The notes below the pieces were generated by a model. It did not search any database. It was given only the letters and a program-made list of their open reading frames with translations, and was not told the DNA's origin. 64,000 nucleotides of DNA from an uncultured Acidobacteriota bacterium (lineage in GTDB: Bacteria; Acidobacteriota; Vicinamibacteria; Vicinamibacterales; UBA2999). The position numbers were made by a program, and so were the translations under genes. Each line of letters begins with the position of its first letter. Positions within the stretch are counted from its first letter, which is position 1. The stretch lies in contig CAVPVV010000003.1 of assembly GCA_963709325.1 (NCBI GenBank), forward strand, positions 2,561,147 through 2,625,146. The letters run 5' to 3'. This document shows positions 10,298-16,209 of the stretch, one piece after another.

Positions 10298-11122
10298 CTA
10301 CTCCGGCCAGGATCCGTTCGTATCGACGTCGCTGACCGAGCCCGATCCGCCAGTCGGGGATCCCAGCTCCATCCTGATCATCACCAGCCGGCGGGTGCTC
10401 GACTGCACGATCAGCTCGCCGAAATAGAACTCACCGAGATTCGGGATGCGGATGCCGTTGCTGCCGATCTTCTCGGAGCGCGGATACTCGCGCCCGTTCT
10501 GCCAGTCCAGCGACGTGACGATGGTGCTGAAGACCATGTCGCGATCGCCGTGCTTCTGCGGGATGTCGCGGTTCTCGATCAGCTTGGCTCGGGTATCGGC
10601 CTTCTGGAACCGCTCGATCTCGATGACGACGTCGAGCTTGAAGCGTCCGTGCACGGGTGAGTCGAACGTCACGGTCGAGACCTTGGCCGACTCGACGATC
10701 ACCGACGATTCGTGGCCTGGCTTGCTGCTCCGCGACACCAGCGCCGCCGACACGTCGGCCACGCGCATTGTCGGCTCCGGTTCGTCGTTGCGATTGAGCG
10801 GCGGCGCGCCGCCGATCTCGACGCCCTGGCAGCGGGCGCTGACGCGGGTGGTCGCGGTGAGCGATTCCGCCGGCATCTGGCGGCGAGTGACGCGGATCGC
10901 GTCCTTCATGTTGTCGACGAGGCCTTCAGCGAACGTTTCCGCCTGCCGGATCCGGAACGAGCGGCCGAGCTTGATGTCGCGCTCCCGCCAGACCGATCGG
11001 CCGCCGGTGATCGACAGCGCGCTCCCGCCGCTCGAAGCGAGCACCACGTTATCGGGGCGCACGAAGTGGCCGCCGAACGCAGCCGCGCTACCGTTGAACA
11101 GGAAACGGCGAGTCAATTCCAT
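10298..11122 (-). CDS. Hypothetical 274-aa protein, no domain recognised; lies 6 nt upstream of the TPR-CHAT gene
   Basis: Clean ORF in a sensible frame with no competing real gene. It has no signal peptide or TM segment, looks beta-strand-rich, and has a Gly/Ser-rich C-terminal tail (GSPTGGSGSVSDVDTNGSWPE). Confidence 0.6.
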   Translation of the reverse strand: MELTRRFLFNGSAAAFGGHFVRPDNVVLASSGGSALSITGGRSVWRERDIKLGRSFRIRQAETFAEGLVDNMKDAIRVTRRQMPAESLTATTRVSARCQGVEIGGAPPLNRNDEPEPTMRVADVSAALVSRSSKPGHESSVIVESAKVSTVTFDSPVHGRFKLDVVIEIERFQKADTRAKLIENRDIPQKHGDRDMVFSTIVTSLDWQNGREYPRSEKIGSNGIRIPNLGEFYFGELIVQSSTRRLVMIRMELGSPTGGSGSVSDVDTNGSWPE

Positions 11123-11140
11123 GGGTGGATCCTTGACCAG

Positions 11141-11235
11141 GTGAGAAGTGAGCGGTGGAAATGAGAAGCAAGCCCGAAGCTGGAATTACCGCCTGTTACT
11201 TAGCTTCTCACCTCTCACTTCTCGCTTCTTACTTC
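11141..11235. repeat. GTGAGAA-family purine/pyrimidine-asymmetric hairpin repeat (copy 1 of 3)
   Basis: Left arm gtgagaagtgagcggtggaaatgagaagcaagc pairs with right arm gcttctcacctctcacttctcgcttcttacttc. The right arm encodes the last codons of the anti-sigma gene (..SEVRSEK*). Confidence 0.75.
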
Positions 11236-11955
11236 GGAGACGGTGAACTTGTATTCCAGCGACGCTGACCCGGGCGCGCCGGAGGTTCCGACGGACAAGG
11301 TGTAGCGGCCGGCAGAGTCCAGCGCTGATGCGGGAATCAGCAGCAGCAGCGGCGTGCCGGGGGGAGGGGCCGCAGCGGTTCCGGACGCCACCGACACGCC
11401 GTCGGCGGCGCGGAGATCATACGTCAGGCTGGCGCCGGCGGCGACGGCACCGAGATCGACGGCCAGGGCGAGGACGCCGGCGGCTGGCCGCGTCAGCGTC
11501 GGCTCCGTCCCGCGCGAGGCCCCTCGCAGCGTGACCGGCGACAACACGGTCGGACCGATGATCTGCTCGCGAAGAGCGGGAACCACCCACAGCGCCTGGT
11601 AGCCGGCGACGAGGGTGAGCATCGCCGCGGCGGCCCATGGCAGCGCCGAACGCCACACCTGGGGCGTGGCACGTGGGACCTGGGGCTTGAGGCTTGGGGC
11701 CTGGGGCCTGGAGAGGTCCTGGGGTTTCGGGGTCTTGAGGTCTTGGGGGCGTGACGTCCTGGGGGCTTGGACTCCCGACTGCGGCAGAAGTCCCGCCTTG
11801 ACACCTTCCTGCATGAGGGCACCGGTCCTCACGTCCTCGGCGCAAATCGGGCAGGCGAAGAGATGTTCCTCGAACGCGAAGCGCTCGAGCTCCGGCATGT
11901 CGTCGAGCAGATAGCGCTCGGCGGCGTGCTTCTCGACGGCCTGCTCGTGTGTCAC
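11215..11955 (-). CDS. Anti-sigma factor, zf-HC2 type, single-pass membrane protein
   Basis: 246 aa. It has the HxxxCxxC motif (HLFACPICAEDV), a Pro-rich linker, one TM segment (WAAAAMLTLVAGYQALWVV) and a ~120-aa extracytoplasmic domain. Its start overlaps the sigma gene stop by 4 nt. Confidence 0.8.
   Translation of the reverse strand: MTHEQAVEKHAAERYLLDDMPELERFAFEEHLFACPICAEDVRTGALMQEGVKAGLLPQSGVQAPRTSRPQDLKTPKPQDLSRPQAPSLKPQVPRATPQVWRSALPWAAAAMLTLVAGYQALWVVPALREQIIGPTVLSPVTLRGASRGTEPTLTRPAAGVLALAVDLGAVAAGASLTYDLRAADGVSVASGTAAAPPPGTPLLLLIPASALDSAGRYTLSVGTSGAPGSASLEYKFTVSEVRSEK
11659..11714. repeat. Tandem heptamer array (CTGGGGC-like x8, phase-preserving) embedded in the anti-sigma CDS
   Basis: Plus strand reads CTGGGGC GTGGCAC GTGGGAC CTGGGGC TTGAGGC TTGGGGC CTGGGGC CTGGAGA. 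It is translated on the minus strand as RPQAPSLKPQVPRATPQ. Confidence 0.7.
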
Positions 11956-12632
11956 GCGTCCATCCCCTCAGCGGCGCCGCCCTGGAACCGCTCGCGAAAC
12001 TTTGCCTTGGCGCGGTGGACGAGGACGCGCAGGTAGTTGCGGTCCACGTTCAGTGCGCGGCAGATGTCGTCCTTGTCCCGTTCCTCGAAAAACAACCATC
12101 GCAGCAGCTCCTGCTCGCGGTCCGGTAGGGCCGCCAGCGCTTCTCGAACCTGTTCCCGCTCCTCCGCCCGCAACAGCCCCGATTCCACGCTCGGCCGCTG
12201 CTCGTCCACCTGTTCGTGCCCTTCGGCCAGCTGCTGCACCTTGGCACCGGCGCGATAGCACTCGAACAGCACGTTGTTGCAGACGCTGTTCACGAACGCG
12301 CCGAGGCTTTCGGCCGATGCCAGCCCGCCGCGCTCCTTCAGCGTGGTCAGCACGCGCCGGAACGTCTCCTGGCGCGCGTCCTCGACCAGCGCGGCCGATC
12401 GCAGCCGCGAACGGAGCTTCAAGGTCAGCAGGTCCCCGAAGTAGCGAACGAAATGGCGCTCGGTCTCGGGATCGCCGCCGACCAGCCGATCCAGGTATTC
12501 ACGATCGAATTCAAACCGTTGGAGCCGCAAGCTCCGAATCGTATCCGCCTTCACTCCCTTTGGAAACCCACGGGAGCTTCGGCGGCAAACCCGGCTTCGT
12601 CGCACCTGCCGCACTGGCGGCACCGGCCGCAC
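11952..12632 (-). CDS. ECF-type RNA polymerase sigma-70 family factor
   Basis: Has a sigma-2-like region (FVRYFGDLLTLKLRSRL...ARQETFRRVL) and a sigma-4 HTH (LPDREQELLRWLFFEERDKDDICRALNVDRNYLRVLVHRAKAKFRE). The listed start gives an Arg-rich extension; TTG at 12530 (193 codons) is a more typical start. Confidence 0.8.
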   Translation of the reverse strand: MRPVPPVRQVRRSRVCRRSSRGFPKGVKADTIRSLRLQRFEFDREYLDRLVGGDPETERHFVRYFGDLLTLKLRSRLRSAALVEDARQETFRRVLTTLKERGGLASAESLGAFVNSVCNNVLFECYRAGAKVQQLAEGHEQVDEQRPSVESGLLRAEEREQVREALAALPDREQELLRWLFFEERDKDDICRALNVDRNYLRVLVHRAKAKFRERFQGGAAEGMDA

Positions 12633-12729
12633 TTGAGTGTGTGGTGTCGGACGGGGGTCGAACGTTACACCTCTGTCGCTGAAACGCCGGACCGACCGGC
12701 GACACTAGGGGTATGCAGCCGGAGCAATC

Positions 12730-13893
12730 ATGACGAACGGAACAGGTCACGAGCCATTTTTCGTCGGGTCCAGCGCCCTGAGCCGGCAGCTGGTCAACGA
12801 AATCGAGGTGGCCGCGCGATCGGACGCGAAAGTGCTCGTCACCGGTGAGACCGGGGTGGGCAAGGACGTGGTCGCGCGGCTGCTCCATCAGCGAAGTGCG
12901 CGCCGAGGGGCGCCGCTGGCTACCATCAACTGCGCGGGGCTGCCGGATAGCCTGCTCGAGTCGGAGCTCTTCGGCCACGTGCGCGGCAGCTTCACCGGCG
13001 CCGTCCGCGACAAGGCCGGCCTGCTCGAGACCGCGGATCGCGGCACTGCATTCCTGGACGAGGCCGGCGAAATGAGCCTCCGCATGCAGGGAATGCTGCT
13101 CCGCTTTCTCGAGACCGGCGAGGTGCAGCGCGTCGGCTGCGAGCGGACCAACCGCCGCGTCAACGTGCGCATCATCGCTGCGACGAATCGCGACCTGGCG
13201 CAGCACATCGCGAACGGCCTGTTCCGCAGGGACCTCTATTACCGGTTGAACGTCATCCGCATCCACGTCGCCCCGCTCCGCGAGCGGACCGAAGACATCG
13301 CCGATCTGTTCGAGTTCTTTGCCGCGGGGTTCGCGCGTCACTACCACGTCGGCGTCCGCACGTTGACCGCCGAGGCGCGGCGCCTGCTGGCGACCTACAG
13401 CTGGCCGGGCAACGTGCGCGAGCTGAAGAACCTCGCCGAACGGCTCGCGGTCCGGGGAGCCGGCGAGCCGGTCCGCCCCGAGCACCTGCCGCTCGAGTAC
13501 CTGCACGGCGTCCCGATTCCCGCCGACGCGAGCGCGCTCGATCCGAACGGGTCAGCGATGGAGGCCGGCCCGGCACCCGAAAATCACACTCTGCTTCGGC
13601 GCCTGCTCTACGAGCGCGAATCGTTCTGGACGGTGGTGCACAGACCCTTCATGGATCGCGATCTCTCGCGAGAACAGCTGCGCGATCTGATTCGCGCCGG
13701 ACTCGAGCGGACGAGCGGCAATTACCGCCTGCTGGTAGAGCTGTTCAACATGGCGCCGTCCGATTACAAGCGGTTCCTCGGATTCCTGCGCAAGCACGAC
13801 TGCCAGGTGCCGTTCCACCCATTTCGATCCGTGCGATCGCTGCCGATCCCGCACGCCGGTGCGGGCGACCCGACGCAGGCGGCGGCGATGTGA
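12730..13893 (+). CDS. Sigma-54-dependent transcriptional activator (bEBP) lacking an N-terminal sensory domain
   Basis: The AAA+ domain starts about 15 aa from the N-terminus. Motifs: Walker A GETGVGKD, a GAFTGA variant GSFTGA, ESELFGH, Walker B FLDEAGE. The C-terminal HTH-like segment is SGNYRLLVELFNMAPSDYKRFLGFLRKH. Confidence 0.85.
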   Translation: MTNGTGHEPFFVGSSALSRQLVNEIEVAARSDAKVLVTGETGVGKDVVARLLHQRSARRGAPLATINCAGLPDSLLESELFGHVRGSFTGAVRDKAGLLETADRGTAFLDEAGEMSLRMQGMLLRFLETGEVQRVGCERTNRRVNVRIIAATNRDLAQHIANGLFRRDLYYRLNVIRIHVAPLRERTEDIADLFEFFAAGFARHYHVGVRTLTAEARRLLATYSWPGNVRELKNLAERLAVRGAGEPVRPEHLPLEYLHGVPIPADASALDPNGSAMEAGPAPENHTLLRRLLYERESFWTVVHRPFMDRDLSREQLRDLIRAGLERTSGNYRLLVELFNMAPSDYKRFLGFLRKHDCQVPFHPFRSVRSLPIPHAGAGDPTQAAAM

Positions 13894-13924
13894 TGATCAG
13901 GGCCGGGACGCCGCGAAGAACGTG

Positions 13925-14281
13925 TCAGTGCGGGCGCTCGCGGCCAGCCGCGGCTCGTTGCCGCACTGTCGCGAGATCCTCCCGGACCGCCTTCAGCCAC
14001 GTGGATTCCGGTCCGGGCTGCGCACCGAGAATCTGCTCCGCCTGCTGGAGCACCGGCTCGGCTTCAACGGCGCGTTGCTGCCGCAGGAGCGCCCGGCCGA
14101 GCTTCGCATCGGCGATACCGACGTTCACATGATCGGCAGGCAGAACCGCGGCGTAGATGTCGAGGGCGCGGCGGATCGGCGCTACCGGTGTCGAACGACA
14201 ACCCGCGTGCGGAGGGCATGTTCCGGCGCGCCCCGACGAGATGGACCAGGCGGCGTCGAACGAGATCAGGATCCACGTCAA
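13925..14281 (-). pseudogene. Probable C-terminal remnant of a TPR-containing protein
   Basis: Only the last ~80 aa look protein-like (ALDIYAAVLPADHVNVGIADAKLGRALLRQQRAVEAEPVLQQAEQIL). The upstream part is nonsense and collides with the FN3 remnant on the other strand. Confidence 0.3.
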
Positions 14282-14289
14282 CGTCCCGG

Positions 14290-14834
14290 TCGGTGGCGCC
14301 CTCGGCGCCGGCGAACCTGACCGGGCTGGTCAACGGCACCTCGATCGCGCTCGCGTGGCGCAACACGTTCGAGCGGCGGGCCGCCGGGCGGCGTGGTCCT
14401 CGACGTGTCGGGGTCGCTCACCGCCTCGCTGCCGCTGGGGCTGACCGACGGCTTCCAGTTCAACGGCGTGCCCGGCGGCACCTACACGCTGGCCCTGCGC
14501 GGCGTGAACGCGGGCGGGATCAGCCCGCCGTCGAACGCGATCACGCTTGAGCTTCCCGAGCCCGACGTGCACGGGCCCGCCGCTGCCGCCGTCGCGGTTC
14601 CTGGCGTATCGCCTGTTCCGAACGCTGTTCGTGGTCTGGGACCCGGCCGAGACCGGCCCGGCGCCGACCTCCTTCGTGCTGAACGCGAGCGGCGCGTTCA
14701 TCGGCAGCATCGCCACGACCGGGCGGGCGCTGAACGGCTCGGTCGGCCCCGGCACGTATCAGCTGAGCGTCGCCGCGGTGAACGCGTGCGGCACCAGCGC
14801 CGCGACGCCGGCGCAAACCGTCGTCGTGCCGTAG
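14290..14834 (+). pseudogene. Frameshifted fragment of an FN3-like repeat protein, homologous to the C-terminal repeats of the 60278..63598 gene
   Basis: Two FN3-like modules are spread over three frames. These are the frame of ORF 14188 (ANLTGLVNGTSIALAWRNTF), the frame of 14393 (VVLDVSGSLTASLPLGLTDGFQFNGVPGGTYTLALRGVNAGGISPPSNAITL) and the frame of 14547 (CTGPP...FVVWDPAETGPAPTSFVLNASG...YQLSVAAVNACGTSAATPAQTVVVP*). There is no N-terminal part. Confidence 0.55.
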
Positions 14835-14855
14835 GGCCGCTCCGGGTGGGACCAG

Positions 14856-14888
14856 CCGGCGGACGGACGACTCATCCGCGTCCGCCGG
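14856..14888 (+). terminator. GC-rich stem-loop downstream of the FN3 remnant (weak U-tract)
   Basis: CCGGCGGACG (14856-14865) and CGTCCGCCGG (14879-14888) form a perfect 10-bp stem with a 13-nt loop, followed only by 'tt'. Confidence 0.3.
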
Positions 14889-14944
14889 TTGGCTCCATCC
14901 CCCCCGCTCATGATAAAAACGCTCCTGACTACAAGGAGCGACCT

Positions 14945-16101
14945 ATGGCGTTCGAGACCACCCGTCGGGACATGTTGAAGACCAGCCTTGCCGGCGGCGC
15001 GGCCTGCTGGCCGTGCCGGAGTGGGCCCTGCCCACGCTGGCCCAGGGCGAAACGGTGGTGCCGTTTGCCGACTGGCCGGACAAGTTCGATCCGAACCCGG
15101 CGCCCGACCGCCGGCTGTTCGACAGCCGCACTATCAGCGGCCCGATGACGCCGAAAGACCAGTTCTTCACCACCCAGCACTACGGGCATCCAGTGGTCGA
15201 CCCGGCGACCTATCGGCTGAAGATCTCGGGGCTGGTCAACTCGTCGATGTCGCTCTCGCTCGACGAGGTCCGCAAGATGGGCAATGCCGAGATGATTCTC
15301 GGCTTCGAGTGCTCGGGCAACCGCCGCCCGCTGCAGGGCCTGATCGGCAACGGCAAGTGGACCGGCGTGCCGCTGAAGACCGTGCTCGACAAGGCCGGCC
15401 TCAAGCCGAACGCGCGCGAGATCGTCTTTTTCGGCGCCGACCGGGGCCAGGAGGAAGTCGAGTTCCGGGCCCAGAAGTTCAACGTCGAGCAGCAGTACGG
15501 CCGCAGCATGCCGCGCGACAAGGCGCTCACCACCGAGGCCTTCCTCGCCTACGCGCTCAACGGAGAGCCGCTCACCCGCCACCAGGGCTCGCCGCTCCGC
15601 CTCATCGTCCCCGGCTGGTACGGCGCGCCGAACGTCAAGTGGCTGTCGGAGATCCACGCCCAGGAGGATCAGTACCTCGGCAAGTTCCAGGCCCGCTGGT
15701 ACCGCACGCTGAAGGGCGAGATGATCGACGGCGAGATGAAGTGGGTGGAATCGGCCATCACCCACCTGCAGCTCAAGTCGTTCGTCGCCCGGGTGACGAA
15801 GGCCGGCAATCAGTACAAGGTGCTGGCGGTGGCGCTCAACGACGGCACACCGCTCAAGACCGTCGAGCTGAAGGTCGACGACGGCCCGTGGCAGGCGATG
15901 ACGGCGGACCCATCGACCAACGCGAAGTACGGCTGGAAGTTCTACAACTACACGTGGAACGGCACCGCCGGTGAGCACACGCTGGTCTCGCGGGCCACCG
16001 ACGCCAACGGCCAGGTCCAGCCAACTGAGAAGGATCTCGAGAACAAGAAGACGTTCCTCGAGGACAACTCGCAACAGCCACGCAAGCTGACGCTCGCCTG
16101 A
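14945..16101 (+). CDS. Sulfite-oxidase-family molybdopterin oxidoreductase (SorA/YedY-like) with Tat signal; apparent 1-nt frameshift near 14993-15003
   Basis: AAGGAG lies 8 nt before the ATG at 14945. The Tat signal MAFETTRRDMLKTSLAGGAA is in one frame. The catalytic part (ORF 15013..16101; Mo-ligand Cys context GFECSGNRR, plus dimerisation domain) is in another frame. The junction would read ...GGAA(G)LLAVPEWALP. Confidence 0.8.
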
Positions 16102-16209
16102 AGTGAGAGGTCAGAAGTGAGAGGTGAGAGGCACGGACAGTGCTCTCTGGCCTCTCACTTCTTTCTTCCTGCTTCGCTTCTAACTTCTCACCTCTCATTT
16201 TCACTTCGG
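16101..16209. repeat. GTGAGAA-family hairpin repeat (copy 2 of 3) filling the gap between convergent stops
   Basis: Left arm aagtgagaggtcagaagtgagaggtgagagg pairs with right arm cctctcacttc...cttctcacctctcattttcacttc. It could act as a bidirectional terminator. Confidence 0.75.

Noticed and set aside
10298-11122. Bacterial gasdermin-like substrate of the neighbouring CHAT protease
   Set aside because: The size and position are suggestive, but I see no sequence feature I can tie to gasdermins. The protease carries a signal peptide while this protein does not, so they are predicted to be in different compartments. I keep it only as something a structure search could revisit.
12511-13506. 331-aa minus ORF
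   Set aside because: Antisense to the sigma-54 activator, which has unambiguous AAA+ motifs.
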